Virus record (IMG/VR): IMGVR_UViG_3300025120_000001
Coordinates: 32,001-96,000 of that record
Direction: 5' to 3' (one strand)
Source of the DNA: a virus
Length of the DNA stretch: 64,000 bases
The notes below the pieces were generated by a model. It searched no databases and had not been told where the DNA came from. It saw nothing but the letters and a program-made list of their open reading frames with translations. The position numbers and the translations under genes were made by a program. This document shows positions 7,892-18,400 of the stretch, in pieces; position 1 is the stretch's first letter; each line of letters begins with the position of its first letter.

Positions 7892-9520
7892 ATGAAATAC
7901 CCTAAATATTATTGGCTCAATGATGAGTCCCGCCTCTTTCTTTCAAGAGGATATATCAGTGAAACACCTGAACAAAGAATAAAAGACATAGCAATTACAG
8001 CCCAGAAGTACTTAGGTATTGATGGGTTTGCTGAGAAGTTTGAAGACTATATGGCACGTGGCTTTTATAGTCTTTCAACTCCGGTCTGGATTAACTTTGG
8101 TAAACAAAAAGGTTTACCCATTAGCTGCTATGGATCTAACGTAGATGATTCATTAGACAGTATATTAAACGCAGGACGTGAGATTGGCATGATGTCAAAG
8201 TATGGCGGAGGGACAAGCGCTTACCTAGGTAACCTTAGATCTCGTGGTACAGAGATATCAACAGGAGGCCATGCAGATGGCCCCGTGCATTACGCAAAAA
8301 TTTATGACACAGTTGTAGATGTTTGTAAACAATCAGAAGCCAGGCGTGGAGCATGCGCTGTATACTTGCCTGTAGAACACGCAGATATAATGGACTTTTT
8401 AGATATTGGAACAGAAGGTAACCCCATCCAAAACTTACAGTACGGTATAACCGCAGGTGATGATTGGATGAAAGAGATGGAAGCCGGTGATGAGGACAAG
8501 CGTAAAGTTTGGGCCAAGATTCTCCAGAGACGTTCTGAGTTTGGATTTCCGTATATCATGTTCCGGGACAACAGTAATAATCATACCACTCCTTATAAAG
8601 AATTGGGCATGGAGATTACCGCATCTAATCTTTGTTCAGAGATTCAGCTGCCAACTGATAGCTACAATTCTTTTGTATGTTGTCTTGGCTCACTGAACCT
8701 GCTGCACTGGGATGAGATCGAAAGATGTGACGCAATAGAAACGTATGTCATGTTCTTGAATGCCGTGATGGATGAGTTTGTATCTAAAGCTCGTACTCTA
8801 CCCGGAATGAAAAGAGCGTATAACTTTGCTAAGGAACACAGGGCCATTGGTCTAGGTGTACTTGGTTATCATTCGTTATTGCAGTCTAAGCTACTTGAGT
8901 TTGATTCGTTACAGACTAAAGGTTTAAATGAACATATGTTTAAACTGATAAAGACTAAAGCGGAGGCGGCCTCTGAATGGCTCCATGATAACTTCGGTTA
9001 TAAGTCAATACGTAAAGGATATGCTAATACAACCTTAATGGCTGTGGCTCCAACTAAATCTAGCTCCTTTATTCACGGTGCCGTGAGTATGGGTATAGAA
9101 CCTATAAAGTCTAATTACTTTATAAAGGATTTGGCTAAGAGTAAAACTGTGTATCAGAATCCCTTCTTAAGAGAAGAGTTGCAAAAGTATGGTTTAGATA
9201 CCCCGGAAATTTGGGATAGTATCTTAAAGAAGGACGGATCAGTTCAACATCTAGACTTCCCTACTAAAGCTGTATTTAAGTCTTTTGTTGAGATTACTCC
9301 AAAAGAACTTGTACTTCAAGCAGCTCAAAGACAGAAGTATATTGATCAATCTCAAAGTCTTAACTTGATGATTGACCCAAGTGTATCAGCTAGAGATATA
9401 AATCAACTCTATCTATATGCCTGGAAAGAAGGTGTAAAAACTTTGTACTATCAATTTAGTCAAAGTTCAGCTCAAGCCTTTTCAAGGAACATTCTTGAAT
9501 GTGCATCTTGTGAAGGTTAA
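7892..9520 (+). CDS. nrdA: Ribonucleotide reductase alpha subunit without ATP cone (start MKYPK at 7892)
   Basis: ISCY, SNLCSEI, VCCLGS, APTKSSS, TLYY and C-terminal CASC motifs; ATG 1 nt after the nrdB stop. Confidence 0.95.
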   Translation: MKYPKYYWLNDESRLFLSRGYISETPEQRIKDIAITAQKYLGIDGFAEKFEDYMARGFYSLSTPVWINFGKQKGLPISCYGSNVDDSLDSILNAGREIGMMSKYGGGTSAYLGNLRSRGTEISTGGHADGPVHYAKIYDTVVDVCKQSEARRGACAVYLPVEHADIMDFLDIGTEGNPIQNLQYGITAGDDWMKEMEAGDEDKRKVWAKILQRRSEFGFPYIMFRDNSNNHTTPYKELGMEITASNLCSEIQLPTDSYNSFVCCLGSLNLLHWDEIERCDAIETYVMFLNAVMDEFVSKARTLPGMKRAYNFAKEHRAIGLGVLGYHSLLQSKLLEFDSLQTKGLNEHMFKLIKTKAEAASEWLHDNFGYKSIRKGYANTTLMAVAPTKSSSFIHGAVSMGIEPIKSNYFIKDLAKSKTVYQNPFLREELQKYGLDTPEIWDSILKKDGSVQHLDFPTKAVFKSFVEITPKELVLQAAQRQKYIDQSQSLNLMIDPSVSARDINQLYLYAWKEGVKTLYYQFSQSSAQAFSRNILECASCEG

Positions 9521-9538
9521 CCGGGTGTTACACCGGTA

Positions 9539-9587
9539 GGATGAGGAAGTGTAAAGCTATGTGGGTTAAAGCCCCAAGCCTCATCCA
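9539..9587 (+). ncRNA. Possible tRNA-like mini-RNA (acceptor-like stem plus T-arm-like hairpin, no anticodon arm)
   Basis: GGATGAGG/CCTCATCC 8-bp stem enclosing TGGG-TTAAAGC-CCCA; ends 3 nt before the tRNA. Confidence 0.3.
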
Positions 9588-9590
9588 TAT

Positions 9591-9664
9591 ACACCCATAG
9601 CTCAGATGGATAGAGCACCTGCCTTCTAAGCAGGCGGTCTTAGGTTCGAATCCTAATGGGTGTA
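9591..9664 (+). tRNA. tRNA-Arg (anticodon UCU), CCA not encoded
   Basis: ACACCCA/TGGGTGT acceptor stem, GCTC-AGATGGATA-GAGC D arm, CCTGC-CTTCTAA-GCAGG anticodon arm, GGTTCGAATCC T arm. Confidence 0.95.
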
Positions 9665-9685
9665 CAATACTAGCTACAGTATATT

Positions 9686-9717
9686 AAAATTGGGGAGTGA
9701 TATTACTCCCCTTTTTT
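9686..9717. terminator. Intrinsic terminator between convergent units (probably bidirectional)
   Basis: GGGGAGT-gatatt-ACTCCCC followed by T6 on the plus strand; A-rich on the other side. Confidence 0.85.
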
Positions 9718-12700
9718 ATTTAATAAAGAAGTTCTTCATATCAAGATAATTCTGCCATTTTTTAATACTATATAAAATAGGAATAGTATCCTGCCATTGT
9801 TTGGCTAATTTAAGCATTCCTTTTCTTCTACCTCTTTGGTATACTACTGCAGAGTTTTCGTAAAATGAATTTCTATCTTGTGTAATAGCATAGAAAGGAG
9901 TTTCTATTAATGAAAACATAGCTTCCCCAAGCTCACCCATTGTTCTTGTAGATGCAATTGGAGATTTTATCATTTGCATTTGTTCTTTAGATCCTAAAAA
10001 AGGGACAAATAGTATAAGTTCTTTTAATGTTCTGTCTGCTTGATACATTAAAATGTTTTCCATTCTCTTCTCAAGATCTCCTTCATCTCCATCATCCGCC
10101 CACATACTTTGCATTACTTCTTTTATGAGAACTGTTAGCAGCATGATTCCTATTTCACCCATAGACCTATAAAAGCCTTGCAATCTATTAAGAGCTCTTT
10201 CGTTGTCTTGGTAATCTCCATTTTCTAAATAGCCATTATCTTCTAAGAATCCGGCTGCATATTCATTAAATTTAAAATTACCTTTAGCAAGCTGTCTTCT
10301 AGTATGACCCATGAAGCCCCACCAAGATTTATACCTACCTTCCATCCAACCTAGATTTTCATCATAGTATTCTTTATCAAATCTTGCTCTCATTGCTGGA
10401 GCAATCCATTTGTGAAACTGAGCTGCAAGTTTACCAACAGTACTGGATTGCATAACCATTCTATCTTCATAGGCATAGTTACCGTGAATTTGTTTGTTTA
10501 CTTCACGCATTTGATTTCTAAGTTGATATCTAAACTGATCATTGTACTCACCCATATCTCTAAGAACTTCAGGATTGCCTTCTTCATTTAAGTTTTTATT
10601 ATCAACTTTAACTACAGTCCAATTACCTTCTTTCATTTTTAGATCATGAGAATCAGCACTAAAATCATGAGCATCATACAAAGATAATATCTCACCTGTA
10701 TCTTCATTTCTAACCATTGTATCTATCACCATGGCCATACCTACTTTAGTTTGAACATTCCACTCAGCGGCATCTTGTAAAGTATAACCCCATTCCATAA
10801 ATCTTTTAAAGTAAGACTTCCCTACTCTATCAATATCAGATCCTGACTCTCGTATTTCAGCATCACTATCCATCATTCTATATAGTTCTACAAAAGCTTC
10901 ATATTTACTATTCGCTTGCTCAGGGTCATAGCCACCTTTAGGTCCACCTAGACCTTTTGCAGATGAGGCTAATCTTTTAATCATGTCTGGTATACCTCTC
11001 TTGTTATACTCTAAAGATGATCTTAAGTAAGCATCCTTAGAATAAAATCTACCACCTATTGCTTCTATGTTATCATTGATACGGCCCAGGACGTAATTAT
11101 TAAAGTTACCAAATGGGTTAAATGCAACATAAGATAAAGATGATAACTGTATAAGACCATCTGAAACTTTTTCAAAAAAGCCTTTAGTCATTTGATCGTT
11201 GTCATAGTAAACCATATTCATCCATTTCTTAGCTCTTCTAAGGATATTAGAGTCGGTTCCTTTTATTGTTGCCTTTTCTTCAAAGCCTAATTTACTTTTA
11301 ACAACTTGTTTGATTTTTCCATCAGGAGTTTTATATTGACGTCTTTCAATTTGCTTTAGCATTGCTTTCATTGTATCATCAACAGATCCCATTGTTTCAT
11401 AATGTTCTGCCATTGATGCAAACTTGAGCAATGCATTTCCCATATCTTTATTTAACTCTCCTTTGGCCGGTTTACTTTCTTCAGCCATTCTTAAACCTTT
11501 AAGCTCAGCTATTTGCTTCTTATACGGATCAAGTTTTATTTTACCATCTGATCTATTTTGATTAAGCTCTTCAATTTTTGCATCAATTCCTTTTAAGACT
11601 TCATCATTTCTAGTTGAACCTGTATAAAATATTGGCATACTATCTACAATTTGGCCCTTCTCATCTGCAAATACAGTTCTCTGCTGCATTGTAGTTGTAA
11701 AAAGATTTTTAATACCACGGGTTGTTTTAGCAAACAGTTTAGTTCCTAAATTTGGTTTTGCTTTTAGATCTTGAAAGATTTTACCTCTCATTACAGGAAC
11801 TTTACCAAGCATTTGACCTCGTTGACTTGCTGGTATTTTATTTAAAAGATCATCCTCAAATAATTTTTTAAACATTAAATAAAACTCTTTTTTAGCTTGG
11901 CCAAGTGCTGTATCATCATTCATGATTGCTTCATACTTCTCACTTCTCAAACTATTACTAATCACATTTCCGGCATCATCTCTAAGAGATTGTTCTACTC
12001 TTACTTCTCTAAATTCAGGTCTTGGGTATGGTGATACATTATATATGGTTTTAACTTCTCCTGTAAATTGACCATTCTTACCTCTTTTAGCAACCGTTTT
12101 GCCATCTTGTTCTAAGCTTGTTCTAAAGTATTTAGCCATAAATCTATCATACGCTCTATCACTTATATCACTTTTTCTTTTCCAATAACCGTGCTTACCT
12201 CCAGCAACAAAGTATTGATACTTGGATCTTTCAGCTTTGAACTCTTCTGTATATTTATGATAACTTCCATTTGCGGGTTGATCATTTAAGCCTATAGTTT
12301 CAGCTCTAAAAAAATCTGCAAACTTTTCCTTAGCTTCAGCTAACTTAATGTTATACTCTATATCTTCTAAACTTGCCGAAGCTCTATCTGATATATCTCT
12401 AAATTCTTTTGGTTGTCCAGTAGAATCATACAAAGCATCTCTTAATTCTTGCATTCTAGCATAATACTGAGGTCCTATTTCCTGAACATACATTCCTGTA
12501 AACTCACCATCTTTGTCAAACTCTAACATAAAATCATACAAATCTTGAGGATCTTTGATACCTGCAAGTTTTTGTAATTTAGAAGCTGAACTCTGTATTA
12601 TTCTTTCCCTATCTTGTATCTTATCAAGAAGTTCTTGTTTCTTAGATTTATAAATTTTATCCATCAATGCTAACAAAGTATCTTTGGATGTAGCAAGATC

Positions 12701-15496
12701 CCTTGTTTGTAATTCTATTACGTCTATGTCTTCCCCAAACTTCATTAAATCATCTAACATATCTTCAGTAAAGTTTCTAGATGAAGTATTTTTAACAATG
12801 GTTCTTACATAATTTTCAATAGCGTTATCTATAATACCGGGAGTATAGTTATCAAAACTGCCAACACCTACTAAATCATTTGCCTGTATTTGTAGATTTA
12901 AAACTAAACTCTTTTGAGTTGCGTTTAATTCTGCAGAATCTTGAAGTTTATATAAACCCTGGAATGTTTCCATGAATCCATCAAAATTTAACACATATGA
13001 TATATATTCTGGTTTAGCAAAGTTTTTTGGATCTTCTACGTATGTTTTAAATTCATTTATTTGTCTAAGAGCATCGCGCATTAAACTGCTAAATATTCTA
13101 GATCTAGCACTTGGTCCTGATCCTAATGCAATATTAATAGCACTAATTGAATTAAGAATTTGCTCTTCAAGTTGGGCTGTAGTTTGATGTCTTCCTAAAT
13201 AAACTTGTTTATTAAGTTGATTTAAAGCTTCTTGCTTTTTGATAAGCCCAATTTGATAAGTTCTTAATGCCTGAGTTATAATAGAAAACTCAGGTGCAAC
13301 TTCAATATTTTCAGGCTGACGCTCTTCACCATCTAGAAGTTCTTCTAAAGTAGCTTCTTGAATAGACTCTGGAGATTGATTCATTGTTTCATCAATTTCT
13401 TCTTTTAAAGTCTGATCAATATTAAGTGGAATAAGCGCATCTACATAAGGTTGATTTTGACCAGGAGGATGTGTCTGTTCTCCTTCATAAGTAAACTCAC
13501 CTGTAAAACTTTGATTTTCAGCTTTTCCTTTTATACCTACTTTTACATGTATAGTACTAACAGCATCTTTATCAATGGACATGGTGTATCCCATGTTCTG
13601 CAACATTCTTTTATACATGTTTACCTGAAGACTATGCTTTTGTCTTTTTGATAATTTGCCTTTTCCGTTTTTACCTTTCTTTAATAAACCTTTTTCAACA
13701 AGCTCACTATTTTCTTCTACATCCCACTGTTTATCATACATCAGTTTTTTGCCCGCAATACCTTGATAATCATTAACTCCATCTTTAGAAGTTTTAAGAT
13801 CTACTATTTTTAATGTACCATCTGGTTTCACAATTAATAAATCTATTGTACCTGCTGTACCTGTAGCTTCATCGTAAACTGTTACCTGCGGTATTGCAAC
13901 ACTACCATCTCTTAATAACCCGGAGTCTTTATTATACAAGGCATCGTCTATATCATCAAATGCTTGACCTGCTTGTTCTTCTGTAAGAATTACTTGCCCT
14001 CCAACTTCTTCTGCATCTTGCTTAACTCTTTCAAAAGCTTCTTGTTTAGTTAAGCCTGCTGCTAATGCTTCTGTAATGCTATCAAAATTATTACCAAGGG
14101 CCATATTAATTGCATACTTCTCATCCATCTCTGCTTGCTTATCCGGACTCTTCTTTCCGCCAAATCTTTCAGTAGTGCTTTTCCAAGATCTCTCTATATC
14201 ATTTATGTCTTTATATGTATGTGTCTTTTGGTCTAGGACCAGCATTGGACTTTTTCTATTATATGCAGAAGCAGCAAGTATGCCTATATCATTTGGCGAA
14301 TGTACAGCCCCATGAAACAGTTGTCTTACTATTTCTTTTTGTACAGCATTTCCTGAGTTTGTTGCAGAATCATATGCTATCTTTGCGCCACTTGTAAGGT
14401 TATATCTAACTTTTCTATCAGCAACCCTATCTATTTTAAATTCAATACCTGATGTATTCAATAGTCTTGCTATACCACTTAGCGTAGCATTCTGTGATAT
14501 TGATCTAGCAGAAAATGCTTTTCCTGTTAAGTATTCAGATAAATTTTTAATTATATCCATAAACCAATTCAGAAATTCTTTTACTGCAGTCTTGAATGGT
14601 CTAGTTTCATTTTCAGTAAACTCTTTATTAAAGTGTCTAGATAATGCCTGGGTTACTAATTCAAGTTGTCTATGCTTTTCTGAAAATCCTCTACGGTTAT
14701 TATATGCATCATTTATTTCTTGAGATAACTCAGGAAAACTTTTCCTTGCCTCTTTTAATAATTTACCAAATAGTTCGTTATTATCTATATAAACACTATC
14801 TATAAAAGGATGGAGTATTTCTTCTATTGCTACATCATCTGTAACACGTCCTTCTATTAAAACAGCTTTGCCGTCTACGTAAAAAGATCTTATATCTTTA
14901 AATGGGACCTTTGATTTTTGTTCCATTGGTAAATCATCATATGCTTTTTTAGCATCTGCTGGGGATAACATAACAACAGAAAGTTGAGGAAACATTCTCA
15001 TCAAATGCCTCACTACTTCCCTAGAATGTGGTGTATTAAAATTCCTTGCTGACGGTATTACATCGCTTGGTGTAAATACATTTCGTTCTATATCTATAAC
15101 TAGACCTTTACCTTTACTCCTTCTAGATATGGCTTCTTTAGGTATATGATTTACTCTTAGGTAATTGTATAACCTATCTAAATTATACTTTCTTATAGCA
15201 GGATCATACGTTCTATTACGTGATGACACAACATAATAGTCTCCCTTAAACTTACTTATTATACCCAATCTAGATAAGTTTGCATATAATGCTCCTGTAA
15301 ATTCTTGAGTCTTTAAGTTATTGTAAACTTTCTGATCTTTTTTATACTGCATTACTTCAGACACTGTAGGTAAAGCATCCGTACTGTTTGCTTTTTGCCA
15401 TTTATTCATTAAGTAATTTGCTTCAATTGGTGAACCCAATGCTTCCGCAACATTTTTAAATTCAGCAGTACTTCTATTTATACATGTTTGTGCCAT
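9716..15496 (-). CDS. Giant ejected virion protein (about 1926 aa, start MAQTC) with degenerate zincin and PD-(D/E)XK nuclease-like domains
   Basis: TAATG coupling at 15494-15498; EEILH; GTIDLL...IVDLKTS...QVNMY; position immediately after the RNAP gene as in crAss-like phages. Confidence 0.8.
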   Translation of the reverse strand: MAQTCINRSTAEFKNVAEALGSPIEANYLMNKWQKANSTDALPTVSEVMQYKKDQKVYNNLKTQEFTGALYANLSRLGIISKFKGDYYVVSSRNRTYDPAIRKYNLDRLYNYLRVNHIPKEAISRRSKGKGLVIDIERNVFTPSDVIPSARNFNTPHSREVVRHLMRMFPQLSVVMLSPADAKKAYDDLPMEQKSKVPFKDIRSFYVDGKAVLIEGRVTDDVAIEEILHPFIDSVYIDNNELFGKLLKEARKSFPELSQEINDAYNNRRGFSEKHRQLELVTQALSRHFNKEFTENETRPFKTAVKEFLNWFMDIIKNLSEYLTGKAFSARSISQNATLSGIARLLNTSGIEFKIDRVADRKVRYNLTSGAKIAYDSATNSGNAVQKEIVRQLFHGAVHSPNDIGILAASAYNRKSPMLVLDQKTHTYKDINDIERSWKSTTERFGGKKSPDKQAEMDEKYAINMALGNNFDSITEALAAGLTKQEAFERVKQDAEEVGGQVILTEEQAGQAFDDIDDALYNKDSGLLRDGSVAIPQVTVYDEATGTAGTIDLLIVKPDGTLKIVDLKTSKDGVNDYQGIAGKKLMYDKQWDVEENSELVEKGLLKKGKNGKGKLSKRQKHSLQVNMYKRMLQNMGYTMSIDKDAVSTIHVKVGIKGKAENQSFTGEFTYEGEQTHPPGQNQPYVDALIPLNIDQTLKEEIDETMNQSPESIQEATLEELLDGEERQPENIEVAPEFSIITQALRTYQIGLIKKQEALNQLNKQVYLGRHQTTAQLEEQILNSISAINIALGSGPSARSRIFSSLMRDALRQINEFKTYVEDPKNFAKPEYISYVLNFDGFMETFQGLYKLQDSAELNATQKSLVLNLQIQANDLVGVGSFDNYTPGIIDNAIENYVRTIVKNTSSRNFTEDMLDDLMKFGEDIDVIELQTRDLATSKDTLLALMDKIYKSKKQELLDKIQDRERIIQSSASKLQKLAGIKDPQDLYDFMLEFDKDGEFTGMYVQEIGPQYYARMQELRDALYDSTGQPKEFRDISDRASASLEDIEYNIKLAEAKEKFADFFRAETIGLNDQPANGSYHKYTEEFKAERSKYQYFVAGGKHGYWKRKSDISDRAYDRFMAKYFRTSLEQDGKTVAKRGKNGQFTGEVKTIYNVSPYPRPEFREVRVEQSLRDDAGNVISNSLRSEKYEAIMNDDTALGQAKKEFYLMFKKLFEDDLLNKIPASQRGQMLGKVPVMRGKIFQDLKAKPNLGTKLFAKTTRGIKNLFTTTMQQRTVFADEKGQIVDSMPIFYTGSTRNDEVLKGIDAKIEELNQNRSDGKIKLDPYKKQIAELKGLRMAEESKPAKGELNKDMGNALLKFASMAEHYETMGSVDDTMKAMLKQIERRQYKTPDGKIKQVVKSKLGFEEKATIKGTDSNILRRAKKWMNMVYYDNDQMTKGFFEKVSDGLIQLSSLSYVAFNPFGNFNNYVLGRINDNIEAIGGRFYSKDAYLRSSLEYNKRGIPDMIKRLASSAKGLGGPKGGYDPEQANSKYEAFVELYRMMDSDAEIRESGSDIDRVGKSYFKRFMEWGYTLQDAAEWNVQTKVGMAMVIDTMVRNEDTGEILSLYDAHDFSADSHDLKMKEGNWTVVKVDNKNLNEEGNPEVLRDMGEYNDQFRYQLRNQMREVNKQIHGNYAYEDRMVMQSSTVGKLAAQFHKWIAPAMRARFDKEYYDENLGWMEGRYKSWWGFMGHTRRQLAKGNFKFNEYAAGFLEDNGYLENGDYQDNERALNRLQGFYRSMGEIGIMLLTVLIKEVMQSMWADDGDEGDLEKRMENILMYQADRTLKELILFVPFLGSKEQMQMIKSPIASTRTMGELGEAMFSLIETPFYAITQDRNSFYENSAVVYQRGRRKGMLKLAKQWQDTIPILYSIKKWQNYLDMKNFFIK

Positions 15497-18400
15497 TAAA
15501 AACAAGATTTTAGTTGTTCAATAAATTCTTCCATTGTACTTGATGTTTTTTCAAACTCTTTCATTAGAGCATCTATACTACTATAGTCTCTGTTAAAAGC
15601 TTCACCAACTTTCTTCAAGCTCATCAAGTTGCCCATTGATAGTGTTGATACATATGCTTCAAGCTTTTCTTTATTATCAATTGTATCAAGGCCTTCATTT
15701 GCATTTTCTCCAGACTCTACAGGATTACCATCTGAATCAATGCTAAAGGTATCTAAATCTTCCGCATCATCCAAGGCATCTGCTAAATCATTCTCAGTAG
15801 TTACTTCATTGCCATCATTATCTATTGAAAATGAATCCGCTTCCTCTGACTCATTGACTTGATCAGCAATGCTTGTACCGCCAATCTTTATATCTTTTCC
15901 GTCTATTTCAATATCAGAAGATTCATTGGATATTTTTTCTTGATAATTTTGTATTATATCTTTAGCTACAGGTGTATTTAACCAACCAGCTTTATCAAGC
16001 TTATCTTTAAATATAAAATTATCATATGCTTTATCTAACATTGCATCTAAAGTTGAATCTGTTCCATATTCATATTCTACTGCATCATATACTACACTAG
16101 GATCTCTACTTGATCTTCCTGAACCATCATCTGAACTATCTTCTCCTGGGTTAGCCTCTTTAACTGTTTCTTTTACTGAGTTATTTGTAGGTCTTTCTCC
16201 AAATATAAAACCAACAGGAGTTTGCGCAACTGATCCCATGATATCAACTTCTATGTATTCAGCAAAAGTACCTGTGGCAATATCTTGAGATAATCCTTCT
16301 CCTATATTACCATACTCTGGACCAGCATGTCTAACTAATTGGAAATATCTTGTTTGACCATCTACCATGAATCCCATAACTTGCGGAAACTCAGCAATAG
16401 ATCTCTCTCCTTTTCCTTCATAAACAGTTCTTAGCTTAAATCCTTTCTTTACTTGCGTTACATTTGATCCATATTTCTTTCCTTTATCTTTAGCTATTTT
16501 AGCAAACTTTCTAGTTTCAAACTCATCATTCTTTTCAAACTTTGGTCTAGCTGAAATACCCTTATATAAATCTACTGTGATAGTAGCTCTGTCAAATTGA
16601 TCATTTAAATATAAAGCTTGATTCTTTGCTTTTCTATTTACTTCTTTTCCTTCTTTCTTTACTTGTTTATCTGTAAGTCCAACAGCTTGGTATCCAAAAT
16701 TGTCTTCCATTTTTTGAAGAAGGTCATCGTAAAGCTCTACACTAAATTCCTGGAGTCCCATTAATTCAGCATTATCTATTTCATTCTGAATCATTACACC
16801 TCCACTAAAGCTATCTATATTTTGCTTTATCTTTTCAATCTGTTGTTGTATCTCATTAGATGCTGTATTTATTTCAGCACCCGTGTAGTAGCTTTCTTTA
16901 TTATTAGATAAATCTTTTTTAATAACTATGCTGATAACATTATTAGCACCCCTAACAGCTTTACTATTTGAGGTACCTGTTCCGGATTCATTATCAAATA
17001 TAACAAATAGTTTATCCGGGTTGCTTTCTACATAGTCTAAAGTAAATGGTTTTCTAGCTTGATTAACTAATGACTTACCGTTAAATACAGCACTAGAAGA
17101 CATTGACTTTTTCTTTAAAAGTTTTGCCGTTTTAGGATGTAATCCATATTCTCTTATAAAGTTTAATTTTAGATCTCTAAATGACATTCCAAAGTTGGCC
17201 ATCATTTGAGCATCATCCATTGCAGCAAATGCTTGAGATGTACTTGGTAAAGTAGACATATAATCAGCAAACATTTCCGGGTTTATGGAAGCTATTATAC
17301 TTCTATACACAGGTTGCAATCCATCTTTCACTATCATATAGTTTAAGACTTTCATTGATAACGCTCTAGTTAATGGATCCGCATATAACTCTTGAAATCC
17401 ATTTTGCACATCCAGCTTTTGAGAGTCATTTAAAGGAGTAAGTGTATTTGCAGTAAGCATGCTAATACCAGTCTTGTTACCTTCAGACGTAGCAGATTCA
17501 GGTCTTATAAACCCATCTAAAAAGAAGTTGTACTTGTCTCCGTTCAATTCTTTTATTTCGTCATATGTATCTACAATATCTTTAGTTCCCTCTTCTGGAT
17601 ATAATAAAGTGTTTGTTGGGATTCCTAAAACAGACATTGGATTATTATTTAAATAATTTAAATAACCTTGCAATGTTATATAAGAAAGCATATCATTATT
17701 TATTACCGCTCTCTCATCTTTGGTAAATCTTTTATAGTTTGTGTCAAGTGATGAAAATATATTTTTAAAACCAGCGCTTTCATCTAAAAATACTTTTGGT
17801 AATATGCTGCCTACAAATTCATCATGTATATCTAACATTCCTCTTTGCCATCTATCTGCGGAAAATACAGGTCTTAAATCAAATATAGGCATCTCATTTG
17901 GTGGTAACATATCAAATTCAGCATCTGTTAAATCTATACCAAGGTCTTCTCTAGCTTTAGAAACTTTGTATACATCGTTTGTATCTTTACCAAATCCTTT
18001 TGCTAAATTAAGGAGATCCCCCATTGGTCTTAAGAAACCTGAAACATCAAATGCTTTTACAAATTGATCTAGAATGGCATAATCTCTAAGTACTTGTTCT
18101 CTAGTTATAGCTTCAACTCCATTGTCGGCAGCTCTATCAACTTTATCTTCAAGTTCTTCTTCTGATTTATATTTCAGCATAGGATCCTGAGATCCATCAA
18201 TTAAAGAAGCTTGACTAACACCAGTAGCTCCAAAATCTTCTTCTGTTGCTAAATCATAAGTTGCAGCCGCTGCTTTAAGACTATCCATCTTATCTTCAAT
18301 GAATTCCTTAACATCAAATTCAAAAGCCGGAGCTCTTTTTTCTAGTTGATACGCTTCTCTTATTGTTGGATGATTCATCATTGCTACAGATGTTCTAATA

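Noticed and set aside
6910-9520. Introns or inteins in nrdA/nrdB, and in the RNAP gene
   Set aside because: Both RNR genes are compact and continuous; no intein C...HN termini or homing endonuclease motifs seen; the RNAP protein has no internal Cys
13600-13870. Cas4/CRISPR system
   Set aside because: The nuclease-like domain lacks Fe-S cysteines and is embedded in a virion protein; no repeat-spacer array found in the window
15482-15504. Split-intein trans-splicing as the explanation of the junction cysteines
   Set aside because: No Hint-domain motifs or His-Asn terminus next to either Cys
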